From: a virus
Lineage: Duplodnaviria; Heunggongvirae; Uroviricota; Caudoviricetes
DNA length: 64,000 nucleotides
Virus record (IMG/VR): IMGVR_UViG_3300019935_000001
Coordinates: 36,145 to 100,144 of that record
Reading direction: 5' to 3' (one strand)
In this document: positions 18,395 to 27,401 of the stretch, one piece after another
How the letters are laid out: each line of letters begins with the position of its first letter
How positions within the stretch are numbered: position 1 is the first letter of the stretch
Position numbers and translations under genes: made by a program
Notes under the pieces: model-generated
Told to the model about the DNA's origin: nothing
Seen by the model: the letters and a program-made list of their open reading frames with translations, nothing else
Databases searched by the model: none

Positions 18395-18856
18395 TTATTG
18401 AGGAGAGCTGCTTGCGTCGAGCGTCTTTGTAGCGTAAGACAAAAACTTCTGCCCATTGCATTCAAAAAACACACCGTTTCCGATTGTTATTATATTAACC
18501 TTGCTGTTCCTTATTTCTGAAAACTTTGACCTTGCCTTAAATGAAAATAATCCTTGTGACTTTTTATACAATGTTGCTGCATAATGTGAAATCTCATATA
18601 TAGTTGATCTTATGCTTGCATCCATTATTTCATTATTAGATATAAGCGCATTGTTCGCCATACCTATTGTTCTTTTTTGTGATGTTTCAATAAGTATATC
18701 TAAATCAGTAGATTTGTTAGTTATTAATGATATTATCTCATGTAAGTCCAAACCTATTGAAACAGAATTTCCCTTTGTGTGTATTTTTCTTAATTCTGAA
18801 AAAAGTTCTGCAGCAGCAATAACTTTACTATCTAGCTCCATTATGGTGTAGTTCAT
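18395..18856 (-). CDS. hypothetical protein in an AT-rich segment
   Basis: 153 aa. The local sequence (about 18390-18960) is visibly much more AT-rich than the flanks. Abuts the IS. Confidence 0.5.
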   Translation of the reverse strand: MNYTIMELDSKVIAAAELFSELRKIHTKGNSVSIGLDLHEIISLITNKSTDLDILIETSQKRTIGMANNALISNNEIMDASIRSTIYEISHYAATLYKKSQGLFSFKARSKFSEIRNSKVNIITIGNGVFFECNGQKFLSYATKTLDASSSPQ

Positions 18857-19214
18857 TCATAACCCTTGTTAAATATAGTGATAATTTGCATTTGAAAGCT
18901 AAAGCTATATATTGAACGATCGATCTTGAAAATGCTAGGAAAATCTGAAATCACATAACAACTGGTACATCTGAAGTTGAGTAAAGGAGGGCCGCTGGCT
19001 GTAGGTTGATCCAGCCCACAGTCTAATTCTGTGAGAGTTCGGCTAAATTGCCTGTAGACCGTCTGACTTTGTACACTTAGCGATCTTTTGTTCTAGTTAG
19101 AACGTTCATTCGGTTGTCCTGAGCCCCTTTGTACTACCAATCTTTCTCGGGCGACTCCCCTGAAACGATCATTCACAATCTGCTTGTAAATCAATGACAG
19201 AGCAAGGATGAACA

Positions 19215-19745
19215 ATGATTGATACCAATGTCAGAGCAGTAAAGCCGAGTGAGTCCGGGTGGTCGCTATCTGTTGACCGGGATCTCTGTGGGCACTGCGG
19301 GAAACAAAGCACCTGTGAGTCACTGGGCTCCTTGAACAGCTGGCGAGAACAGCATGGGCAAACTATTCGCCTGAAAGAGTGCGGCGGGTACTCATATCCG
19401 ATTCTGTTTGTAGATCCGACAGGCACCGATGGCGAGTTCAACACGATCCGCCTGGGTGAAGCCTGGGCTGGCCGCCTGAGTCCGGGGGTAGAGGTCACGC
19501 TGATAGATAAGCCGGGTAATGTGCTGGGCACAGCGGTGGTAGAGCGGGTACATACGGGAGACAAGGAGGAGGTGATTCGAGAGCACGCCTACCAGAACCA
19601 CCTGTATGTAGAGTCAGGCATGGGGCAGGAGGAGGCCGGTGCTGACCTGCTGAGAAGACTGCCGAGCATTTATGGCAACCTGATTATGAAAAGCAACACG
19701 CGAGCCACAGTAATCTACCTCAAGAACAAGGATCTATTAAAGTAA
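19215..19745 (+). CDS. hypothetical protein
   Basis: 176-aa ORF with AAGGATGAACA upstream of the ATG. Contains CGHCG...C. Confidence 0.5.
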   Translation: MIDTNVRAVKPSESGWSLSVDRDLCGHCGKQSTCESLGSLNSWREQHGQTIRLKECGGYSYPILFVDPTGTDGEFNTIRLGEAWAGRLSPGVEVTLIDKPGNVLGTAVVERVHTGDKEEVIREHAYQNHLYVESGMGQEEAGADLLRRLPSIYGNLIMKSNTRATVIYLKNKDLLK

Positions 19746-19761
19746 GGGCTTACTTATCAAT

Positions 19762-19872
19762 ATGAGCCGCATTATGATTCTGGACTCACTCAAAAACATC
19801 GGCGAAACGGGGCTTGTAGCCTTACTCGGTGCTTTCGCTTTTGGTAGTGAAATCATCGGTATTCTTTTCTAA
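19762..19872 (+). CDS. possible 36-aa hydrophobic peptide
   Basis: MSRIMILDSLKNIGETGLVALLGAFAFGSEIIGILF. The ATG lies 5 nt after a CTTACTTAT motif variant. Below the ORF-track cutoff. Confidence 0.25.
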   Translation: MSRIMILDSLKNIGETGLVALLGAFAFGSEIIGILF

Positions 19873-19908
19873 TTACCATTCGATTCCCCAAGGAAAAGCG
19901 TTTATTTC

Positions 19909-19944
19909 GTAAGTCAGAGCTTATAAACTTATGCTCTGACTTAC
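19909..19944. promoter_or_regulatory. extended form of the dispersed palindrome (12-bp arms)
   Basis: GTAAGTCAGAGC-N12-GCTCTGACTTAC, 25 nt upstream of sbcD. Confidence 0.5.
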
Positions 19945-19968
19945 ACACGCACACAGAGGGGACAGAAA

Positions 19969-21045
19969 ATGACCAAACCGTTCGGGGTTGCATCCGATGT
20001 GCATCTCCATAACTGGACCGCTTTTGCTGAGTCCACAGCAGATGGAGTTAACTCCCGTCTGCGCATCATTCTTAACGAGCTGATCCGTGCCGCCCAACAG
20101 ACTCTCAAGTCTGGCGGTAAGCGCATGGTAATCACCGGCGACCTGTTTCACGTTCGCGGCTCTATCACTCCATCCGTACTGAACCCGACACTGGACACTT
20201 TTCGTCAGATCATAGACATGGGCATCGAAGAGGTCGATGTGCTGGCCGGTAATCATGACCTGGAGTCGAAAGACAGCAACGCACTGACTAACGCCTGTGA
20301 AGCGCTGAGCCAGCTGTCGGAAGTCATGGTTGTATCAGCAACAAAGATCGTTGATCGCAATCGGGCGGTGTATGTCCCGTGGTACGACAACAGTGACGAT
20401 CTGCTGGCAGAGATTAACCGTGCAATCGGCGAGCTGCCGGAGCCTGTTGGCGAGTACGACCTGTTCATTCATGCACCGGTGGACGATGTGCTGCCGAACA
20501 TGCCGGGTCACGGGATCAACCCTGATGACCTGAAGAACCTGGGCTTCCGCTATGTTTTCTCCGGCCACTATCACAACCACAAAGAAGTGCGCGATGGCGT
20601 GTTCTCTGTCGGTGCAACAACTCACCAGACGTGGGGTGATGTCGATTCAAAGGCGGGCTTCCTGCTCGTGAATGACAGAGGCGTTAGCTACTGGCCGTCC
20701 GAAGCACCTGCATTCGTAGATCTGAGCGCTGCAACCGTAACTGATGACGTCGAAGCGTGGGATCTGTGTTCTGGCAATTATGTCCGGGTGAAGCTCGATC
20801 AGGTTACTCAGTCCGAAGTGGCCGAGATCAAGAGCTGGCTGATCGACGACATCGGGGCGAAGAACTGCATTATCCAGGCAACTCCGAAGAACAAGGTTGT
20901 CAGTCGCACCAGGTCGTCGAAAGGCGGAACGCTGCGTGAAAGCGTTGGTGACTTTGTAGGCTCGAAAAATATGACAGTTGAAAAGAAAGATGTGCTGGCA
21001 GTGTGCGAAGACATTCTGACGGCGACAGCAGGGGTGACAGTATGA
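19969..21045 (+). CDS. sbcD: SbcD/Mre11-family nuclease
   Basis: 358 aa. Metallophosphoesterase motifs GDLFH, GNHD, GHYHNH. Confidence 0.8.
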   Translation: MTKPFGVASDVHLHNWTAFAESTADGVNSRLRIILNELIRAAQQTLKSGGKRMVITGDLFHVRGSITPSVLNPTLDTFRQIIDMGIEEVDVLAGNHDLESKDSNALTNACEALSQLSEVMVVSATKIVDRNRAVYVPWYDNSDDLLAEINRAIGELPEPVGEYDLFIHAPVDDVLPNMPGHGINPDDLKNLGFRYVFSGHYHNHKEVRDGVFSVGATTHQTWGDVDSKAGFLLVNDRGVSYWPSEAPAFVDLSAATVTDDVEAWDLCSGNYVRVKLDQVTQSEVAEIKSWLIDDIGAKNCIIQATPKNKVVSRTRSSKGGTLRESVGDFVGSKNMTVEKKDVLAVCEDILTATAGVTV

Positions 21046-21368
21046 TTCAGATTAATGGCGTGACGATTAGCGGTGATGTCTCCCGGATGGACATCATAGA
21101 GGGAAAGATCATCGTTGACGGCGCTCAGGTCAACGGTATCGAACCTCCGATTCAGATTACCGGCAATGTTTCAAATCTCAGATGCGACCAGAGCGTAGAG
21201 GTTAACGGCGATGTCGGTAACGTCAGTGCGGGCGGCTCTGTACGTTGCGGGAACGTTTCAGGCAGCGCTGGTGCTGGAGGGTCTGTACGTTGCGGAAACG
21301 TTACCGGTAACGTTAATGCAGGTGGCTCTGTCCGCGTTGGCAGTATTTCCGGGGGGATGAAGCTGTGA
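21042..21368 (+). CDS. beta-helix repeat protein (bactofilin-like repeats)
   Basis: 108 aa from the ATG at 21042 (ATGA overlap with sbcD). Repeats of GNVS..GGSVRCGNV. Its stop overlaps the sbcC GTG start. Confidence 0.5.
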   Translation: MIQINGVTISGDVSRMDIIEGKIIVDGAQVNGIEPPIQITGNVSNLRCDQSVEVNGDVGNVSAGGSVRCGNVSGSAGAGGSVRCGNVTGNVNAGGSVRVGSISGGMKL

Positions 21369-23290
21369 AGTTCAAGAGCCTGAAAATCGAAAATTTTCTG
21401 ACAGTCGGGGTTATCGAAGCGGGCCTAGCCAATAAGGGGTTGGTGCTTGTACAGGGGGAGAACCGTGATGACACCAGTCAGGACAGCAATGGGTCGGGCA
21501 AGTCTTCATTCGTGGATGCACTGTGTTGGTGTCTTTATGGATCGACAGCCCGAGGTGTTTCGGGTGATGCCGTAATCAACGACACGGCGGGCAAGAACTG
21601 CCGGGTTGTGGCCTCTATCGAATTTGATGGCGAAGAGTACAAGATCTCCCGCCACCGCAAATACACCAAGATGCGCAACCGCCTGATCGTTGAAGGCCCA
21701 TCCGGCGATCTGACACTGGGCACAGATAAGCTGACGCAGGAGGTCGTGAATAAACTGGTCGGTGCCACTGCAGATGTCTTCTGTGCGTCCGTATACGCGG
21801 GCCAGGAAAACGTCCCGGATCTGCCGGGCATGACAGATGTGAACCTGAAAGCAATCGTCGAAGAAGCAGCCGGTATTAACCAGCTCGATGCCGCTCATAA
21901 GCTGGCCCGCGATAAGAAGAACGCCATTCAGCGTGATCTGGAGAACGATAATCGTGATCTCCAGTACAACGAGCAGAAGCTGCAGGATCTGAACAGCAAT
22001 CTCGCCACTACAGAAGCCCGGCTCAAGCAGTGGAAGAGCAACCACGAAGTTCGGGTTGAAGAGGCAAAGCGAAACCTTTTTTCGGTGAAAGTCGAAAAGG
22101 AAAAGCTGACGAGCGACGCGGAGACAGCCCGGACGGTTGAGGAGATCACTGCTGACCTGAATGCGTTGTCTGCACAGCTGACTGATCACGGGACTGCAAC
22201 TAAGCAGCGACAGATGCTTACTCAGGAGGCGGTTGCTGTCGAGAAGAAGGCGGCCGTTCAGGGTGCAAAAGTCGCCACAGTCACTACAGAGGTGAAGCGC
22301 CTGAAGAACAAGCTCGACGCTGTGACCGGAAAGCTCGGAGAGCCATGCTCTGAGTGTGGCCGTGATCACGACGAGTCAACCCTGGGTGTCGCTCACCAAA
22401 CTGTCAAATCTGAGCTGAAAAGCAAAGCGCTTGAAATGAAGAGCGAGAAAGCAGAGTTGGCGAGACTCACAGAAGCGTATCAGAGCGCTGTACAGCGCGT
22501 TTCAGAGTTCACCGATGCGATGACCGATGTTAGCGAGATAATCGCCGCACAGAGCGAACTGAGCGAAGAGAGAGCCGCTGCCAGCGCCCGTAACGCGAAG
22601 GTAGAGGCAGCGAGCGAAAAACTGGGCCAGTGCGCTCGCACCTACAAGGCCGTTCTGCACGAAAACAACCCTTATGCGGACTCCTATGCGGACATTGCCG
22701 AGCAAATCAGAAGTCAGTCTGCCCTGATCGATGATGCCCGGACTGCGATCAAGGCCAAGGAATACAAGCTCGAAGTCGCAGAAGAGGCTGTGCATGTGTT
22801 CGGCCCGGCGGGTGTACGTGCTCATATCCTGGACACAGTGACTCCGTTCCTGAACGACAAGACCTCTGAGTACCTGTCTGTGCTTTCCGACGGCAACATT
22901 CAGGCCGTATGGAACACGCTCGGGACAACTGCGAAGGGTGAGGTTCGGGAGAAGTTCAATATTGAAGTCACCAGCGAAACCGGTGGCGACTCCTTCAAGA
23001 AACTGTCAGGTGGTGAGAAGCGAAAAGTTCGCCTGGCAACGTCTATGGCCCTGCAAGATCTGGTAGCGAGCCGAGCAACAAAGCCTATCGACCTATTCAT
23101 TGCAGACGAGGTTGATGCAGCTATCGACGAATCCGGGTTGGAACGACTGATGACAATCCTGAAAAGCAAGGCCGAACAGGTTGGTACTGTTCTGGTGATT
23201 TCTCACTCGGACCTGAAGAGCTGGATCAGCAACAGTGTGACGGTTGTGAAAGAGAAGGGCATGGCGCGTCTGGAAGGGTATGCACTGTGA
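21365..23290 (+). CDS. sbcC: SbcC/Rad50-family ATPase
   Basis: 641 aa. Walker A NGSGKSS, long coiled coil with a CSEC zinc hook, signature LSGGEKRKV, Walker B LFIADEVD. Confidence 0.85.
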   Translation: MKFKSLKIENFLTVGVIEAGLANKGLVLVQGENRDDTSQDSNGSGKSSFVDALCWCLYGSTARGVSGDAVINDTAGKNCRVVASIEFDGEEYKISRHRKYTKMRNRLIVEGPSGDLTLGTDKLTQEVVNKLVGATADVFCASVYAGQENVPDLPGMTDVNLKAIVEEAAGINQLDAAHKLARDKKNAIQRDLENDNRDLQYNEQKLQDLNSNLATTEARLKQWKSNHEVRVEEAKRNLFSVKVEKEKLTSDAETARTVEEITADLNALSAQLTDHGTATKQRQMLTQEAVAVEKKAAVQGAKVATVTTEVKRLKNKLDAVTGKLGEPCSECGRDHDESTLGVAHQTVKSELKSKALEMKSEKAELARLTEAYQSAVQRVSEFTDAMTDVSEIIAAQSELSEERAAASARNAKVEAASEKLGQCARTYKAVLHENNPYADSYADIAEQIRSQSALIDDARTAIKAKEYKLEVAEEAVHVFGPAGVRAHILDTVTPFLNDKTSEYLSVLSDGNIQAVWNTLGTTAKGEVREKFNIEVTSETGGDSFKKLSGGEKRKVRLATSMALQDLVASRATKPIDLFIADEVDAAIDESGLERLMTILKSKAEQVGTVLVISHSDLKSWISNSVTVVKEKGMARLEGYAL

Positions 23291-23835
23291 GTGCAGATCA
23301 GATCATCAAGGGGATATTCCGGAGGCACGACATTTGCGTGTTGGGCGAGGATACCGTCGCCCAACTATGGCAGATGGTTGACGGCTTTGAGGGTGATGTG
23401 ACCGAGGAAATGGCAAAACACCTGTCTGAGGAGGTTCAGCAGGAGATAGATGATGTTCTGCAGGGGCTATCACACTGGATTGATGCACGCTTGGTAGGGC
23501 CTGACCCCGTTAGTGCTGCTATCAAAGGCTCCCGCGACAGTGTGCGGGTTCTGTCCCCGACAAAGAGAGACAGCTATCGGGTTGAAGTAGTGGACGCCAA
23601 GGATGGAGGCGCTATTGATCGGCTAACTCGCAGTACGAAGTGGTTGGCGACAAACACTGACATTTTGAATCGGATGAATCCGAAAATCAGAGGGTCACAG
23701 GCAACGGCGGTATTTGTAGATGAATTTAACGAGTGGGGAAGCGAGGATTCTGGCTGCTCTGAACAGGAGCGGCGGTCGAGTGCTCAGTCCAGAAGAGACG
23801 AACGGTACGGGGAAGCCTATGGTGCCTTCGCTTAA
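23287..23835 (+). CDS. hypothetical protein ending in ...YGAFA
   Basis: 182 aa. GTGA overlap with sbcC. Confidence 0.5.
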   Translation: MSADQIIKGIFRRHDICVLGEDTVAQLWQMVDGFEGDVTEEMAKHLSEEVQQEIDDVLQGLSHWIDARLVGPDPVSAAIKGSRDSVRVLSPTKRDSYRVEVVDAKDGGAIDRLTRSTKWLATNTDILNRMNPKIRGSQATAVFVDEFNEWGSEDSGCSEQERRSSAQSRRDERYGEAYGAFA

Positions 23836-24295
23836 AGCATACAGCCAGGAAGATCTGGCAGCGATCGCTCAGTACCTGGAAGACAACCCGAGCGAGGAGT
23901 TTGAGGTCGAACCTCCATCCAGCGGAATCTACACGGTGAAAACGGAAAACGGCCAATACAGAAGGCGCCCATTTACCAAAAGCAGCGTTGGAGGGCTTCG
24001 CTGCGTTGGCGGATACCTGGGGACGAGAGGCGACACGATCTTCCAGTTTAGGCAGGGCATGGAGCACATCCCCGTTGAAGTCCACGGCGAGCGCAGCTGG
24101 GTTATGGAGATCGGCAGCAAAGAGACTGCCCGTGAAGGGATGGGGCCCTTTATCGAAAGCATGATGGCGAAGGTGATGGAGTACAGGGCCAATCTTGCAG
24201 CTCTTGCAGCTCGGAAAGCAGAGGAAGAGAGCGGGGTCGACCACAGCATGATGTCCCGCTACTCCGACCAGGAAGATTTTGGTGCGTTCGCCTGA
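23720..24295 (+). CDS. hypothetical protein ending in ...FGAFA (alternative start at 23819)
   Basis: 191-aa ORF overlapping the previous gene by 116 nt. The overlap frame encodes a wHTH-like GEARILAALNRSGGRVLS. The ATG at 23819 would cut the overlap to 17 nt. Confidence 0.45.
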   Translation: MNLTSGEARILAALNRSGGRVLSPEETNGTGKPMVPSLKAYSQEDLAAIAQYLEDNPSEEFEVEPPSSGIYTVKTENGQYRRRPFTKSSVGGLRCVGGYLGTRGDTIFQFRQGMEHIPVEVHGERSWVMEIGSKETAREGMGPFIESMMAKVMEYRANLAALAARKAEEESGVDHSMMSRYSDQEDFGAFA

Positions 24296-24324
24296 GCGCA
24301 CCGTTGTACCAACACACATACGAG

Positions 24325-24924
24325 ATGACCATGATTATAAACGTACTGGGTTGTGACCCGGCTCTGAGTAACTTTGGCCTGGCGCAGGCACAGATCGATA
24401 CTGACACTGGCGAGATTAAGCCGCTCCGTCTGGATCTGGCGGAAACCGCCCCCTCCAAGAACAAAAAGGTTCGCAAGAACAATGACGACCTTGAGCGGTG
24501 TCGAAAACTGACCGAGGCGCTGAGAAAGAACAGTAACGGCGCTTCTGTTTGTTTTGTAGAAATGCCGGTCGGCAGTCAGTCAGCGAGAGCAATGGCCTCA
24601 TATGGTGCATGTATGGGCATTCTGTCGGGCAGTCCGCTTCCGCTGATTCAGCTGACACCAAAAGAAGTGAAAGAGGCTGCGGTCGGAAACCCGAACGCCT
24701 CAAAAGAAGAGATGATTGCCTGGGCCTATGAGAAGTACCCGGATCTGAACTGGATTAAAGGGGATAGCCGAAGCAAAAACCCTGGCAATCTCGCCAACAA
24801 GAATGAGCACCTTGCCGATGCTATCGCGACCCTGCACGCGGGCGTTAACCATGAAGACTTCCGGTCTGTTGTCTCTATCCTGCGAATGACGCAGAGCGGG
24901 GGGTTCGGTGAGTTCGCACATTAA
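24325..24924 (+). CDS. RuvC-like Holliday junction resolvase
   Basis: Start chosen at the ATG after the CAACACACATACGAG leader. Motifs VLGCDPAL (D), FVEMPV (E), NEHLADAIATLHAG (H..D), in the order of the RuvC fold. Confidence 0.6.
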   Translation: MTMIINVLGCDPALSNFGLAQAQIDTDTGEIKPLRLDLAETAPSKNKKVRKNNDDLERCRKLTEALRKNSNGASVCFVEMPVGSQSARAMASYGACMGILSGSPLPLIQLTPKEVKEAAVGNPNASKEEMIAWAYEKYPDLNWIKGDSRSKNPGNLANKNEHLADAIATLHAGVNHEDFRSVVSILRMTQSGGFGEFAH

Positions 24925-25003
24925 ACTGCGCATTTGAGATTGGAGGGTATTCGCCTGATCACGAAAAAGGGCGTGGGGAGGGGGCATCAGCTCCCTTCTT
25001 GGG

Positions 25004-25393
25004 CTATGACTTGTCGTTGACCCCGAAGAGACCTTTAAGGATGAAGCCAACCAGCCCGACGACGATTGTCATCGAGGTTAGCATAGCTAAGGCTACGGTC
25101 TCAGGTATGGGTAAGTTAAGCTTCACCTGATGGTTCATGTAATAGAGCAGGCCAAACACTACAACCACGCACCACCAACACATGAAAAGAAATACGTGTC
25201 TTGCGAGATCTTCTTTCAATCGATTGTTCGTATGCTGCCCTTCAGCATGAGCGCGTGTAAGCGCTGCATTCGCTTTGGCCTGCACATAGTTGTAATCATG
25301 CCCTTGCTCGTTAAGTACAGACCCTTCTGTTTCCTGGACCTGTCGAGGGCTGTTGGAGCCCGCTCTGCCTCCTGCAAATGGCCCTTCTGTCAC
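25004..25393 (-). CDS. small membrane protein, candidate toxin partner of the Panacea-domain protein
   Basis: 129 aa with two C-terminal hydrophobic helices. Start overlaps the upstream gene's stop (ATGA). Confidence 0.5.
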   Translation of the reverse strand: MTEGPFAGGRAGSNSPRQVQETEGSVLNEQGHDYNYVQAKANAALTRAHAEGQHTNNRLKEDLARHVFLFMCWWCVVVVFGLLYYMNHQVKLNLPIPETVALAMLTSMTIVVGLVGFILKGLFGVNDKS

Positions 25394-25920
25394 AGTCCTT
25401 TCACGCTCTTTGGGTTTTCTACAACTTTCTGAAAGTGGTCACGAATTAGGGCGTTTGGTATATTCGCAAACGGGCGATCTTTTCCACCATTCTTGTTCCA
25501 AACTTCGTCCCACGGTGTGTCAGCCCGGTGGGTTAGATCCACGAGATCCATAGCCTCCTGTTCACCATAAAGATCAAGAACGCCTCTGATGACCGTCATA
25601 TCATCCTGACTGAAATGGACGGAAGGGGGCCCAAATTCACGGATCTTGCTTGAGCCATGATGCTTGTATTCATGGTAGATGGCTTGAATCACAGGCCCGA
25701 ATTTCCAAGCCTGGGTGTCATCCATGTACAAAGCTCTTCCTCTCCAGCCAAGCATATAGCCGTGCGCAATGTACGTCAGTTTTTGCAGCTGAAGGTTTGA
25801 AAGGAAAATACTCTTCTGTGCTGCCACATGAAGCATCATCTGAGCCACATCGGTGGCATTGTGCAAAATGCCGGTTTCCTGCTCGACAGCGGAGCTGGCT
25901 GTGCTGGATGTATTTGTCAT
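25390..25920 (-). CDS. Panacea (DUF4065, SocA/GepA-like) domain protein, putative antitoxin
   Basis: 176 aa. LQLQKLTYIAHGYMLGWRGRALYMDDTQAWKFGPVIQAIYHEYK matches the DUF4065 core pattern as I recall it. GGAGGG RBS. Confidence 0.75.
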   Translation of the reverse strand: MTNTSSTASSAVEQETGILHNATDVAQMMLHVAAQKSIFLSNLQLQKLTYIAHGYMLGWRGRALYMDDTQAWKFGPVIQAIYHEYKHHGSSKIREFGPPSVHFSQDDMTVIRGVLDLYGEQEAMDLVDLTHRADTPWDEVWNKNGGKDRPFANIPNALIRDHFQKVVENPKSVKGL

Positions 25921-26321
25921 ACCTAACCCTCCGTTGTGTTGGGTTTTACTGTATATATTGACAGTGTTAGATCATTTGATTTTATGTTGGAGAGAGCCTG
26001 CGTGCAAATTTAATTGAGTTAAATTTATGACATCCGGCGTGTAGATTGAGGTTGCGCTGACAGAACAAGATAGAGGGGGTTATGATGCTGCAAGGGATTC
26101 AGTGGTCATATCGATACTGCGACATGATAAGAATATTGGCCGTGACGAATGGTTAATCGAAAAGACTTTTCTTTGACCCTTTCGTGTGAGCGCGAAGTAC
26201 GGATATTGATCTGTAGGGTCAGGCCCTAGTGGCCTGAATAGCTAGCTAGTCTAGCTACTGTGCAAGCCTGAGAAAAGCAGGCTGCAGATCTTCGCTTTAG
26301 CTGCTGCCAATCAGCGTAATT

Positions 26322-26567
26322 TTACTGGTAACAGTCCTCCTCGGGGCAATCGATTTCTCCTTCCCCGTCGCATTTTTCGCACTCAACCTCATAAAGAACC
26401 CCCTCTCCATCACATGAGTGACAGCTCTTGAGTCTCCCCTCATCATCCGGGTACAGCCCTGTGCCATTGCACTGGTGGCAATCCCGATCTAGCAAGCCTC
26501 CATTACAGTTATCGCAGTGAATTTTTCCTGTATCCATACATGTTGTGCATTTAATAGCTTTACACAC
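26322..26567 (-). CDS. stand-alone DnaJ-type cysteine-rich zinc-finger protein
   Basis: 81 aa with five CxxCxGxG-like units (CTTCMDTG, CDNCNGG, CHQCNGTG, CHSCDGEG, CEKCDGEG). Confidence 0.6.
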   Translation of the reverse strand: MCKAIKCTTCMDTGKIHCDNCNGGLLDRDCHQCNGTGLYPDDEGRLKSCHSCDGEGVLYEVECEKCDGEGEIDCPEEDCYQ

Positions 26568-27355
26568 AGCGTTTGCCTCATAGTGAGTTGGTGATTTGAT
26601 CCCTCACTACGTCCAAGCTGCACGCGACTACCCTGAGACAGCCGAGGGTCAGTTTGGCAACTTGTGACGCAGAGGGGATACGACCTTCGCGTCAGTGCCA
26701 AAGCACCGGCCTTATTTATATGGGGGGTGGAACGTAGAATCCAAGAGGCTTTAGACTGAAAAGTGGCAGATCTAACCTGTATGGCGAGAAATGCCGCTTA
26801 ATTCGTAAGTTGAGACTACGGAATCAAAAATAAAACTATATTCAATATCGACCTCCGTCTCGTACAGAAAGCAGGAGTTTATGTACAAAGTAGACACCAC
26901 TATATCGGATACGAGCGGCCCCTGACTCTGCATCGGGAGATCGCTATTGCCGCACAGGTACGACCAATTGCAGGCGTGAACTTTAGTCGCTAGGTAACCA
27001 GCTAACCGGCGGCCTCTTTTTCCGAGCCAAAATGTAGTTATCCAGACAAACCCGGCGATGCAAGGCTCTTGTCTGGATGGGATAGATGGGATTAAAGAGA
27101 GAGCTTCAGAGAGAGCTTCAGAGAGCCGAAGAGGGAGCCGACTGAGTTTTTGCCATTCATTTAGTGCTTGAAAGCCGAAACGCCGGGCTCGCCTTATTCC
27201 CCTTGAGGTCGGCTTCTTGTTTGGCTGGTCGAATAGTGAAAGTCCCATCCTTGATTCCTACTTACAGATCGCAACAGACAAATCCTAGATTAGCATTCTG
27301 TAAATTCCAGTAAATTCCCAGCTTTTTAAGCTAAACCATAAATGAGCCTTTATAA

Positions 27356-27375
27356 ATAAGTAGTAACTGACTTAT
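27356..27375. promoter_or_regulatory. dispersed palindrome ATAAGT-N8-ACTTAT
   Basis: ATAAGTAGTAACTGACTTAT, 27 nt upstream of the nrdA ATG. Confidence 0.5.
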
Positions 27376-27401
27376 AAACTTTGTAACATGCTGCGCACTC
27401 A

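Noticed and set aside
26772-27248. 158-aa minus-strand ORF containing the tandem DNA repeat AGAGAGAGCTTC x2.
   Set aside because: No RBS, no motifs, odd composition. It may be a decayed gene, and the support is too weak to annotate.
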